Positions 42,303-54,833 of a DNA stretch of 64,000 nucleotides are shown here, in pieces (the stretch's first letter is position 1; each line of letters opens with the position of its first letter). Source of the stretch: Octopus vulgaris (Eukaryota); assembly GCA_951406725.2 (NCBI GenBank), contig OX597820.1, positions 60,574,001 through 60,638,000 on the forward strand, given 5' to 3'. The notes under the pieces are model-generated. The model was not told the DNA's origin. It saw nothing but the letters and a program-made list of their open reading frames with translations, and made no database searches. The position numbers and the translations under genes are program-made.

Positions 42303-43270
42303 TATATAGAGTTACGATGTTTGCTTCCGGCATCTCTGTTTGCAGATAGACGAAGCAAGAAAACACCATTCTATAATGTGCTGGTTGCCTTAACTGGCTT
42401 TTGTTAATGAAGATAATTATTCTTCCATGAACGTTTGATTGACAAAATATGTTGACAAATGAGCATGTGAAGATAGACTAGTGAGGAACTTGAGCAGGGA
42501 AACTAAATGATTAGATTCCAACCGCGTTTTCACCCAGTTTTTACTATTTTAACGCCCCTACGCTATACGTAGTTTCTTCTGCATTGCTTTTATTCTCTTC
42601 ACTTTTCTCAACTACAATATCAATGATAAAATATAACAAATAGCGTCTGATCTCTCTCTGCCAGCAGATAAATACAATTTTGGGTGTGGAGTTGCGAAGC
42701 TGTCTAATGAATTTATTATACGGGTGTGAAGTTGTATAACTTTACCTTATTGTTGACGTCAGTTGACACAATGAATTATTGTTAGTCTCCTCCGATGTTC
42801 TCTGCTACAACACGCATGGCAAAAGGTCAAATGTCTTGCGACGAAATGAGCACAAAATATGGAAACCGGTATCAACTGTAAAAGATATATTCTTTATAAA
42901 CGTCTAGCCTACTCTAATTACTAATTTTCAGTTTAAATATGTTAGAAACTTCGAATCTACACTCTGTATACCATCTCATTTACTTTTGATTTTTATTAGG
43001 AAAACACATTTAATGCCTCACAAACCATCTTCATATATACAATACAATTTAATGTAGCATAAAGTTTCAGGGTTTATTCTTTTATTCTTTTATTTGTTTC
43101 AGTCATTTGACTGCGGCCATGCTGGAGCACCGCCTTTAGTCGAGCAAATCGCCCCCAGGACTTATTCTTTGTAAGCCTAGTACTTATTCTATCGATCTTT
43201 TTTCCGTACCGCTAAGTTACGGGGATGTAAATACACCAGCATCGGTTGTCAAGCGATATTGGGGGCGGGG

Positions 43271-43320
<50 letters not shown>

Positions 43321-43323
<3 letters not shown>

Positions 43324-43585
43324 TCAGTAAATGGTGGGGTTGTGTTGACTGCACGTGGAGAAATGATAGGAAAGGGAAAAATATTAAGGCAGAATGCTAA
43401 ACTGAAAGCAAATTTTAATATACATGGGTGTAGGAAAAATTAAAAACAGAAATCAAATCGGTTTTCATTGCAAGGCAAATTTTCAAGATGAGGAGGGGGG
43501 AAAAGTTTTTTTTAAAATGAGGAAGGGGAAAAAATTATAATGCTTTTTTCAAAAAAATAATAATAAATATATGCAAAAATTAATT
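43321..43585 (-). repeat. (TA)n-flanked island homologous to 53930-54195 (downstream region of a Penelope-like fragment)
   Basis: AAGTCAGTAAATGGTGGG...GCACGTGGA...AAGGCAGAATGCTA is the reverse complement of ~54115-54193. Confidence 0.7.
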
Positions 43586-43600
43586 CCTATATATATATAT

Positions 43601-43884
43601 CACCGTGACCGACCAGACTATCAGATGTTGCTGCACATCGCTGGTCACAATGCGCTTCACATTGTTTTTAGCCTTCAAATGACGCCTGCTAAGCGAGCAG
43701 GCCAACAGGAGAAAGAGTGAGAGAAAGCTGTGGTGAAAGAGTACAGCAGGGATCACCCCCCACTGCCGGAGCATCGTGGAGCTTTTAGGTGTTTTCGCTC
43801 AATAAACGCCCGGTCTGGGAATTGAAACCGCGATCCTACGACACCGAGTCCGCTGCCCTAACCACTGGGCCATTGCGCCTCCAC
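43601..43884 (-). mobile_element. tRNA-derived SINE, family C head with a different tail
   Basis: Minus strand GTGGAGGCGCAATGGCCCAGTGGTTAGGGCAGCGGACTCG...AAAACACCTAA...CCACAGCTTTCTCTCACTCTTTC shared with 19819-20115; 3' part unrelated. Confidence 0.8.
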
Positions 43885-43993
43885 TATATATATATATTCG
43901 ACGGGCTTCTTTCAGTTTCTGTCTACCAAATCCACTCACAAGGCATTGGTGGGCCTGAGGCTATATGCGTTTGTGTCTTTGTGTGTGTGTGTA

Positions 43994-44049
<56 letters not shown>

Positions 44050-44629
44050 CGTGCGCGTGCGTGCGTGTATGTATGTGTCATAGTTTTTAGCAGCAGTGTG
44101 ACGTTCCCCTCATCCCAATCCTCTCGCCCTATTGTGCTGCTGCTGTCCTAAGACCCGAAAACAAAAATATGGTACAGTTCCTGTATTCCTCTGTGTATAT
44201 ATGTGTTCGCCCACGGTATTGCCATCGTTGGCACCGCCGCTGCTGCAGACCTTGTTAGTTGTGTTTTTGACACTGTTATGGTCGTCCATGAAATTTTATG
44301 TGCGTGTGTGTGTGTGTGTGTGGGGGTGGTGCGTGTGTGTATAGGTTCGCTTCGTATGCTGTGTGTATCCATGCGCTTTATGTAGTTTTCTTTATATATT
44401 TTATCTATCGCTATGTCCTATATTTATCACAGTCATGTGACAGATGTATTTATATATTTACTTATATATCGATTTATATATTTATTTATTTACCTTTTTA
44501 ATACATTTATCTCTATTTCTCATAAGTATCACTGGTAAGTGCATATATGTCTATTGTGTGTGTATTACCCTGTATGTTTCTGTGTATTATTTACAGTTTT
44601 GTCCCTCTCGCTTCTCATCCCTACAGTCT

Positions 44630-46830
44630 TTAGTCAGGTGGTGTGGTAGTGGGTGTTGCTGTTCCATTCGTGTTTTCTATTGAGACTAGGTCTGTCTACT
44701 GTTATGAGTGTAGCCTCTGTGATCTGTCTAAGTGTCGCGTCAGTTCTATATGTCGATAGTACTTTAACTTCTATGCTATTAATCGAGCCTCCATTGACGA
44801 GCTTTTGCCTTCTTTGAGCTCTCACCAATGTGTCACCTATACGCTCTCCTATGCTGCATACAGTCTTTCCAATGTAGGTAGTTGTCATGTTTCTGCACTG
44901 TCCCACAATACATCGTAAGCTATATTCCTAACATTCCTAACCTTACAGTTAACCTGTGGGTTCATCCTATATACAACACAATTGTACTCCGTACAGGGGG
45001 ACATATCAAAAGGATAGGTATTGCAGATCAGGAATTTTAAAGGGTCAGCAGGCCTCTCTCTACTACTTTCATTTGTAGATTAACCTTGCTCAATGTTTTT
45101 TTCTAAAAAGGTGTGCTAGTTCGCTGCCAGGGGTAGCATCACCGAAGATGACACTCTGGTATTTTTTGTTGTCATACCAAGTGTTGGCCTTCTTTATTTT
45201 ATTACTGGTCCTTTCCGTGCTGTTCTAGGATTTACTCCCGTACAGTGGGCAGATTCCCTTAGCATCACTCTCTATGATGGCTTTATACTTAGTCCTGGTT
45301 CCTTTGTACACTCTAATCCTGTCCCTTTGGTTGTAGCCAGAGAACTGCATGCCGTGGATGAAGTGTTGTGTGTGTTTTTACAATTCCATAGAGTCGCACA
45401 TGCGAGACACACTCTTCATCACTCTCACCAAGTCAGCTATAAGAATGTTGAACTTGGCGTTGTCCGCAATCGCTGCGTTCTTGTGGACAATGTACTGAGA
45501 GGCCATGGGTTTAGCAAAATGAGAGTGAAGGATCTGGACCTTACCTTTCTTCGTTTCTAGCCAGAGTTCAGTGTCTAAAACAAGGAATCTATAGTTAGGG
45601 CACTTACTAGGGTAGTCTATCGTTATTTCTATTCTCTGGTGGATGGATTTAGCTATTTGTTGGATGCTCTCCATAGCATTAGCTTCTAGAACATCAACAT
45701 TGTCTTGTAGGGGTGCTCTTGCTACTATGTTAATATCGTACACGTAGCGGGGGTACATGGTTAAGTTTATGGAGTTCTATGCTAATTTCTCTTTAAGTCT
45801 CCTACCCCACCATACCATAAATAGGTTATCCACATCGCCAGCAATACTGACTTCCTCTTGGGCGTATATCTTGTTATTAAACTTAAATATATATCCCTTG
45901 AGTGTGGTCTTAGTACTCGCACCCACCGCAAGTGGGACCATCTTTTTAACCGGATCATTATTTTCGGGGGTCCGTATAGCTCTGGCCCATCCGTTCCATC
46001 TCTCTTTAGGGATCTTCTTGGCCATAGCAGTTATAGTGGGTGGATCTACCTCTTATCGATCTAGTGAGGCAGAAACAACTAAGGTCATGTAGTCAGTCTC
46101 AGGAGGAGGCCTAGTTCTTCAGTGTCAACACCACGGAAATCCGCATCACTCTCACCGCTCACCTCCACACATTTCTCCATAGCAAAATCAACACCAATGG
46201 ATGGGTATAGGGACACTACGTCCATACTGCCTATTATGCATCGCGTCAGGTCGTGGGCATGGTTGCGCTTATTGATTCTGCTGAGACATTTTTATCAGAT
46301 GCAGTATGATCATTGAGCGGAAGTTGGAGATCTGGGACTTGTTGGCAACATTGCCTCCGCAGACCTGTCTCGTCGGTGGTCCTGTCACTAGGTCGGTGGT
46401 CATCTTATGGTCTTTGCGCAGTTCATACAGTGCCGGGATGTCGTTGTTGGCGGCCGGGAAGTTGTTGGCCGTGTGCTTCTTTACCCCTAAGATGTTTGAC
46501 CACATCATCATATGAGCATTGAAGATCTTCTCCCTCTCTTCATACTCCCATATCGTTGTTTCCCTCATATTGGTGATCTGGGGCTTCATCGCCTGGATGT
46601 AGTTCGGCAGGCTGCCTACCGACATTCTGCCGGACTTGTTTGTGGGGAAGTACGTGACTTCCCTATTTCTTGTGCGCTGTAAGAGCTTGAGCAGGCCACC
46701 TGCGGACTTCTTGTCGTGTTGCTGTGCCTCTTTACCACTCCGTCTTGTAGTGTATTGTTCTAAAATCTGTCTAAGTTTAGTACTGGTCATGGTGAATCAT
46801 GCTTCTATTTCGTCATTTCTCTGTTGAGGC
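44630..46830 (-). mobile_element. Penelope-like retroelement (RT + GIY-YIG endonuclease), decayed
   Basis: YFPTNKSG; YELRKDHK; PTRQVCGG; DVVSLYPS; FNNKIYAQ; PRYVYDI (YVDD); RFLVLDTEL; C..C..TYIGKT...IGER; LRQITEATLI...PSLNRKHEW. Multiple frameshifts. Confidence 0.88.
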
Positions 46831-47344
46831 ATGCAAACTCTTTTGTTGAGGGTTAGGGTTGTCGGATAAATACGGCTCATATCGTATTATTTATCCCATA
46901 TACATACACACACACACACATATATGAACTCACAGGAACCTTGACTTAAGACCAGACCTAGCAATAAATGCCTAACTGGCCGAAGTAATCTTCAGGTCAC
47001 GAAGAAATACACAGACACACATAAACACAATCACGCACATACATATGTGTGTATATATGTATGTATTTGTCTTTGCGTTTGTATCGTCCACCACCACTTG
47101 ACAACCGGTGTTGGTTTGTTTACGGCTCTGTTACCAAGATACTTGGCAAAAGATATCGACAGAATAAGGATCAAACTTGAGAAAAAATAAATATATATTG
47201 CGGTCGATTTCTTCGAGTAAAACCCTTTAAGGCGGTGTCGCAGCTTGGCCGCAATCTAATAACTAAATCAAATAAAATGATAATAGATTAACATAACTCT
47301 TGTTTTTACATGAGGAAGAGTTCTCTGAATTATTCTTTAAAGCA

Positions 47345-47480
47345 ATGGCTATAGGTGCAGGCTTCCCAAACATATAGTTCCAGGTTCAGTCCCACTGCAC
47401 GGCACCTGGGGCAAGTGTCTTCTACTATAGCTTCAGACTGACTAAAGTCTCGTGAGACGGAAACTGAATATATATATATC

Positions 47481-47518
<38 letters not shown>

Positions 47519-47599
47519 CATATGCATGTATATATACATATAGATGTAGGTATGTACATATATGTATGTATATATGCATATGTTTTATTTATTATTTTG

Positions 47600-47649
<50 letters not shown>

Positions 47650-47885
47650 GACGTGTATGTGTGTGTGTGTGTAGCCCCATCATCGTCTGACAACCGGTGT
47701 TTGTGTTTACGTCCCCGTAACTTAGCGGTTCGGCAAATGTCACCGATAGAATAAGTACTAGGCTTAAATAAATAAGCCCTAGGGTCGATTTGTTCGACAA
47801 AAAAAAAAAAAAAAAAAAAAATTAAGGCGGTGCTCCAGCATGGTTGCAGTCAAATGACCTGAAACAAGTAAAGGAATAAAAGACT
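47345..47885 (+). mobile_element. SINE family A with expanded internal repeat; another diverged tail half lies at 47040-47285
   Basis: GGTTCAGTCCCACTG head; CCGATAGAATAAGTACTAGG; GAAACAAGTAAA tail. Confidence 0.8.
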
Positions 47886-48420
47886 ATTATCACAATTATT
47901 TCATTTATTTATCAGATTTAAAAAAGAACAAAATCGTGGGCAATAAAAGTAGACAAACTGAATTACGAAAATAACGGAGGGGCGCATATCAAGGAAAGGA
48001 ACTAACTTTATTTTCGAGCTGTTCTATTCATTGCGCCGACATGATTGATTATGGGATCAATTGATACAGTTGCAAGATTGTTTATTGCTGACCAGGGCCC
48101 TCCTGATATTGTTGTTACTGGGGCTGTGCCAGTATGTCACTTTCATTGTATTTTGATAGTTGTCTTTTTGCTATTCACACATCTCAAAACCCGTTCTTTA
48201 TCGAGCAATCTCACGTTTTATGGGGTCCCTCCCCTCACACACTTATTTGTATATTTTATGTATTTTGATATATTTATTGTTGAATTCCTCCTCATCATTG
48301 CTCTAGTGCATTTCCTTCCATCACCATTACCATCATCCTCATCATTTTCTTCTTCTTCTTCTTCTTCTTCTTCTTCTTCTCTTTCTTCTTCTTCTCCTCC
48401 TCCTCCTCCTCCTCCTCCTC

Positions 48421-48476
<56 letters not shown>

Positions 48477-48949
48477 ACTACTACTACTACTACTACTACC
48501 TCATCTTTCCTCCTCCCCTTCTCATCAACCTCTCATTTACTCAATCTATACCACCATATATCTTTTATCTCTCATCTCCTGGCTTTTCCGTTTGCTCTCG
48601 TACTTTATATGACATCATAAAGCGATAATATATTCTTTTTTTTTTTATAATACAAATATGATGAAATAATTATAGGACAATTGCGTTGGCTCAGTCAGTT
48701 TATAACGGTACAAAGAGTTTGGCAACTCCCAAGTCCACTTGGAACGATATGACGTTTATGTTTCTGAAGTCAACAAAATATGAAGCAGTAAGATTCTCGG
48801 GTTGAGCATATTACACTGAAAAGCTTTTAGAAGTTGAGCAAAACAATTCAATATTCATAATTTGTTTAATGGGGTTGAGATAAAGGGGTTGAAAGCTGAG
48901 TGAACTCTTCAACACCTTCTTGTTCGGTACCAATATTTTCCGAGTTTAA

Positions 48950-49168
48950 AGTGGTGAGCTAGCAGAATCGTTAAAATACCTGGGCAGAATGCTTAGCGGT
49001 ATCTCGCCCCCGTCTTTAAGTTTTGAATTCAAATTCCGCCAAGGTCGACTTTGCCTTTCATCCTCTCGGAGTCGATAAAATAAGTACCAGTTGAGTAATG
49101 CGATCGATGTAATCGATTATCCCCCTCCCCCAAATTTCAGGCATTGTGCCTATAGTAGAAAGGGTTAT
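48950..49168 (+). mobile_element. SINE family B, monomer
   Basis: Colinear similarity. Confidence 0.85.
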
Positions 49169-49942
49169 TCTGATACCTCGTTAGCGAACCTTAGTCTAAT
49201 CCATATACTCTTTGACAATGAACACTAAGTACTCTGGTAACAAAAATAAAACTAGAGAAAATGTCGAAAGGCGTCTACTACATGGAAACTTACTACATGG
49301 AAAAATAGGTACTATGAAATTTTAATTAAAACAACACTCATAAAAACGAGTACAAATAATTATCTAAATCAAAAATTTCGGACGAAAGAAAAAGAAAACC
49401 CGTTACCATTAAGTTTTTATGTCGTAGGCGTGAAGTTCATGGATGTTGTTAACCTATAAGTAAACAGTATTATTTATGATCTCATGCAAATGTTTTCTCT
49501 ACTCCTGTAAAATTTTCGTAGAAATACAAGAAATGTATTTATTTCACTCTTCCAGTTATGCTCTGTATTAATCTAACTTGGAACTGGGATGATTGCATCC
49601 GTCTATAGTTAGACTTCTACAAATGAAAAGAGAACATATTAATATTCGAGGCAGTTGTTAGTGACTTCAGTTTCATTTTTTTCTTTTACTGTTTAGAAAG
49701 AATAAAAAAAACAAACAAAAAAAAAACACTGGGGCACATTAGCCACCCACCAATTTCAACAGCGCATGAGATAAGTTTTCACTGCATTAAAGGGATGAAA
49801 TATTTAAAGCAACTTCGCATGTAAGACTTGGGCAATTTTCTTCTGGGATTATTATTGTGGTGAAATTACATCCTATGCCATCAAATAAGATATTTGCTCA
49901 TTGAAATAGTTCAGTAGCGTTCAAAAGACAAGTAACATAAAA

Positions 49943-50348
49943 ATGTATGTATGTATGTATGTATGTATGTATGTATGTGTATGTGTGTATGTATGTATGT
50001 ATGTATGTATGTGTGTATGTGTATGCATGTATGTATGTATTTATGTATGTATGTATGTATGTGTGTGTACGTATGTGTGTATGTATGTATGCATGTTTGT
50101 ACGGATGTATATACGTAGTACATATGTATGCATGTGTATGAGCGTGTGTATGCATGCATGTATGTATGTATGTATGTATGTATGTGTGTGTGCATGATTG
50201 TGTACGTATGCATGTATGTGTGTATGTATGTATGTATGTATGTGTGTATGTATGTATATATGTACGTACGTACATACGTATGTATGTGTATGAGTGTGTG
50301 TATGCATGTATATATGCCTGCACGCATGCAAGTTTGTATGTATGTATG

Positions 50349-50380
<32 letters not shown>

Positions 50381-50392
50381 AGTATGTATGTA
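49943..50392. repeat. Degenerate (TATG)n array
   Basis: Visible tetranucleotide repeat. Confidence 0.95.
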
Positions 50393-51133
50393 TAATATCT
50401 AGTTCGTCAAGTGAGTAATTCTAGAAGTCGTATTTCGACGTAATAATACAAATAAAATTAGTTATGAGTGTGTACATAAGATCTCATAAATACTTGTAAT
50501 TCATGAACTCGGCACAAATGCATTGATTTCTAGATGTGTAGAACAATTTGTGTTACTGATACCCATGCCATGCTCTTTTCAGTGTACTCTCACTGAATTG
50601 TCATTGCTGTCAAGCTTTGGTCGCTTGAATGACATCAACACCATAAACTGCTAAACAGACAGAAAGTTATTGCAATGCTTGTTAATAGCTGAGCTAATGA
50701 ACAAAACAAACTTGCACTGGAAAGTACAAACGGGGAATAAACATTAAAGAACAATGCTTTATAGTTGTCCTGCAACGCCCTCAAGTAATTTGATAGTCTC
50801 AGCCAGGCTTACAGGATTCCTTTACTTTTTAGCTGAAGTGTAGAAGAAAAACGCGAGTTTACTTTAGTTTGTGTTGTAAATGTGTCAAGCGCTGTGAAGA
50901 TGGAGTTTATCTCTTAGTAAACCTGATGTACATCCCTATTTAATTTATAGCAGCAATTTCACTCTAAGACTTAGCTACCAATGGCTTACAAAAAAAAAAA
51001 AAGTTTACGTCGCAGTTCCTATTATCTCTAATTCCGAAGTAAAAGAAAAAGTTTATATCATTTGAAGAAAATTTACTTAAATCCTGTAATATTTAAATTA
51101 ACAATATGACATGCAGGAAAAAGAACCCATTGG

Positions 51134-51663
<530 letters not shown>

Positions 51664-51713
51664 ATATGAGGCATAAGTAACGGTCATTATGTAGTTCTTT
51701 ATTGTACTAAATT

Positions 51714-51837
51714 TGACTTACAGCTGTTTCCGGTTATCATTATAAGTTCATTATTGATTGATTTACTCAATCGGCTCATTGATTAGTTGAGAAAAGACGA
51801 ACGTCCTAAAGAATTAATGCGACCTTCGTCAGAGTCA
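51714..51837 (-). ncRNA. Type I hammerhead motif with 95-nt stem II region, inside a ~350-bp fold-back
   Basis: Minus strand: tgact-CUGACGA-[a ggt..catta...taatg..acc g]-GAAA-CAGCUG-UA-agtca. Perfect 5-bp stem I, palindromic stem III. Confidence 0.72.
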
Positions 51838-52305
51838 TTTTGTTATGGCGATAACCAAGTAGAACAGATGGTCGTTAAATTTTTCCCAACCGATCAATGG
51901 ACTGATTGAGTAAAATCAATCAATAACGAACTTATAATGACTATCAGAAGCAACTGCAAATCAAATTTACAACAATAAAATATATGCAATAACCATTATT
52001 TATTCCTTGTCTTGTATATCACATCCAGTAAAAGACCATTTAAATGGGAATACAACATATGACTGTCCAGCTCCTTCTTTTGTAGAACAACTTGCAGAAA
52101 TGTTTTGGTTATGACGATGAAATTTTCATGCCGTACATTAGACCACCCACTCCATCAAATCGACGTTGCTTGAAGAGGCGCACGGTGTAATTGCAGAACA
52201 ATTTGAGGCGAAGTATTTTGCTCAAGAACCCAACATACCACTCGGTTTAGGAATTGAAACCACGATCTCGCGTGTAACACCCTAACCACTAGGCCATCCG
52301 TCCTC

Positions 52306-52376
<71 letters not shown>

Positions 52377-52378
<2 letters not shown>

Positions 52379-52863
52379 ATATATAAATGTCTTCCTGGGG
52401 TTAAAAATAACAGTAACACCGTCCTCTATAGGACCACCGTATTTAGTTGGCAAATATATTTTACGATTCCGTGCTCTTACTGTTTTGCTCTCGCTTGGAG
52501 ATATAATGTAACTTATCTCTCTCTTTACGAGATCAGCGACAGCGTGTCGCTAGAAAAAAGATATAGCATTTTGTGAATGGAATGAGTTCTTCACCCTTAG
52601 CCAGTGATTAACACACACTGAAGACGGGTAAACACTCAGAAACCTGGGTCTGTGAGTATCACGTAAGGCTAGAGATGGGAGCGATGACCTCCCTCACAAA
52701 CACTAATCGAACACAGACTGAATGTCGTTGGCCAGCCGGAGGAGATGTCTTCCTGGGGCTAAAAACAACAGTAACACCGTCCTCTATAGGACCGCCTCAT
52801 TTAGTTGTCAAATATATTTTACGATTCCAAACTGTTACAGTTTATCTCTTACTCGGAAATTTA

Positions 52864-52866
<3 letters not shown>
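52377..52866 (+). mobile_element. (TA)n-flanked element with ~120-bp imperfect direct repeats (period 358 bp) and a central hammerhead
   Basis: ATGTCTTCCTGGGG...CAGTAACACCGTCCTCTATAGGACC...CAAATATATTTTACGATTCC at 52387 and 52745. Confidence 0.75.
52611..52657 (+). ncRNA. Minimal type I hammerhead motif
   Basis: acacaca-CUGAAGA-c gggt(aaac)actc a-GAAA-CC(ug)GG-UC-tgtgagt; GUC cleavage triplet. Confidence 0.72.
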
Positions 52867-52916
<50 letters not shown>

Positions 52917-52949
52917 ATTTCTATGTATGTATATATGTATGTATGTATG

Positions 52950-52981
<32 letters not shown>

Positions 52982-52999
52982 TGTATGTATGTATGTATG

Positions 53000-53037
<38 letters not shown>

Positions 53038-53059
53038 CATATACATATATATACATATA

Positions 53060-53167
<108 letters not shown>

Positions 53168-53232
53168 GGTCCCGGGTTGAGTCGGGGTTAACCACAGTAA
53201 ATAAGGTACTCAATACATAGCAGAGTAAATTA

Positions 53233-53364
53233 ATTTATTATATAGAAGGAGCTTCTACAGGACTAGAACTGTTTCATTCAGAAGAAATCATCAGGAAGCT
53301 TCCTGATGATTTCTTTTCAATGAAACAGTTCTAGTCCTGTAGAAGCTCCTTCTATATGATAAAT
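53233..53364. ncRNA. 132-bp near-perfect palindrome encoding a type I hammerhead on each strand
   Basis: Centre AAG|CTT at 53298/53299. Plus strand: agcttc-CUGAUGA-tttcttttcaat-GAAA-CAG(ttctagtc)CUGU-A-gaagct. The minus arm gives the same motif with stem II ttc(ttct)gaa. Confidence 0.78.
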
Positions 53365-53489
53365 ATATATATATATATATATATATGCCACATATATATG
53401 GCGGTGCCATATATATATGGCGGTGCCCCAGCATGGCCACAGCTCATAAGCTGAAACTAGAATCAATCAATCATATATATATATATAAA

Positions 53490-54324
53490 TATAGAGATAA
53501 AAATCCCAAATTTCACATATTCCTTTTCTACCAATGTAAAGACAGAATCTCTACACAAGAAAGAATCAACAAGGAGAATCTTTTTATTGAAAATTTGCAA
53601 ACACGTCTTAATATGCAAACTCCACGGTGACTATACTCCTTTTTCTAGCATCCGATCTGACAAAAAATTGATATAAGCATCCTGTTTGACAAAAAATCCA
53701 TTATTCCAATTAAAGAGCATAAAATCCACAGAATTGTCTCCCCTTACTCACAGGAAATGGATAACTCCTACCCCATTTCCTGTTTGGACACACAATCACC
53801 CCACCCATTCAAAATATACACTACATTTAAATACATGCATCCTAATCCTCCAAAGAAGTTTTTCCAAGGACTATTATTGAACTCTAAAAACATAAAGACT
53901 CTACTGTATACTTATTTATTAATTTTTGTATATATGTATTAATATTTTTTTGAAAAAAGCATTGTAAATTTCTTTTTTCCCCTTCCTTTAAAAAAAATTG
54001 TTTTCCCCTTCCAAATCTAGAAAATTTGCCTTGCAATGAAAGCTGGTATGATTTATTATTTTTTCTTTTTAAATTTTTCATGGACCCATTTTTATTAAAA
54101 TTTACTTTCAATATAGCATTCTGCCTTATTATAATTTTTCTCTCCTATCATTTGTCCACGTGCAGTTAACACAAGCCCACCATTTACTGACTTATATGTG
54201 TGTGTGTGGTTTTATAGTCAAGTTTGACTGCTATTTTCAGCGTGGTGGTATCTCTTAGGTACCCTAAATTATGATTTAAAAAAATTATTACCTTTGAAAG
54301 GTTTTTTCATTCCCATGCTGGCCA

Positions 54325-54330
<6 letters not shown>
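53490..54330 (+). mobile_element. Penelope-like element 3' fragment (GIY-YIG C-terminus plus downstream region) between (TA)n tracts
   Basis: KNPKFHIFLFYQCKDRISTQERINKENLFIENLQTRLN resembles the F.IFPFY...R..KE..FI....P.LN end of Penelope endonucleases. Confidence 0.65.
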
Positions 54331-54362
<32 letters not shown>

Positions 54363-54380
54363 ATATATATATATATATAT

Positions 54381-54522
54381 CAAGATTAATCAGCCGAAAT
54401 TACTACGATGATCCGGTTCTTGACTGAAGACTGAGGGTTTCGAATGTCCTGTCCGTATTTATTGTGTCGTCTTCTAAGAGTTATACGTTCTTGTCCATGT
54501 TGTATTTTTCTACATACCTTAA
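54381..54522. repeat. (TA)n-flanked fragment of family X
   Basis: CAAGATTAATCAGCCGAAATT matches the reverse complement of ~51363-51383. Confidence 0.75.
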
Positions 54523-54543
54523 TATATATATATATATATATAT

Positions 54544-54745
54544 CCTAGCCGGTGACACGTAAAAGCATCCGTTACACCTTTGGAGTGGTTGGCGATAGGA
54601 AGGGTATCCAGCCATAGAAAACCATACCAAATCAGACTGGAGTCTGGGACAACCTTCCAGCTTGCCAGCTCTGGTCAAACCACCGAACCTATGCCAGCGT
54701 GGACAACGGACTTTTATGATGATGGTGATGATGATAATGATGATA
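54544..54745 (+). mobile_element. Fragment of an RTE-related SINE
   Basis: GGTTGGCGATAGGAAGGGTATCCAGCCATAGAAA resembles the RTE 5'-derived motif of RTE-dependent SINEs; (GAT)n tail. Confidence 0.6.
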
Positions 54746-54777
54746 TGTATGTATGTATTTATGTATTATTATTATTA

Positions 54778-54833
<56 letters not shown>

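Larger units (their letters stand above)
43075..43965 (-). mobile_element. SINE A interrupted at its internal (TA)n by two insertions
   Basis: Tail half 43075-43275; head half resumes at 43899 (CGACGGGCTTCTTTCAG). Confidence 0.8.
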
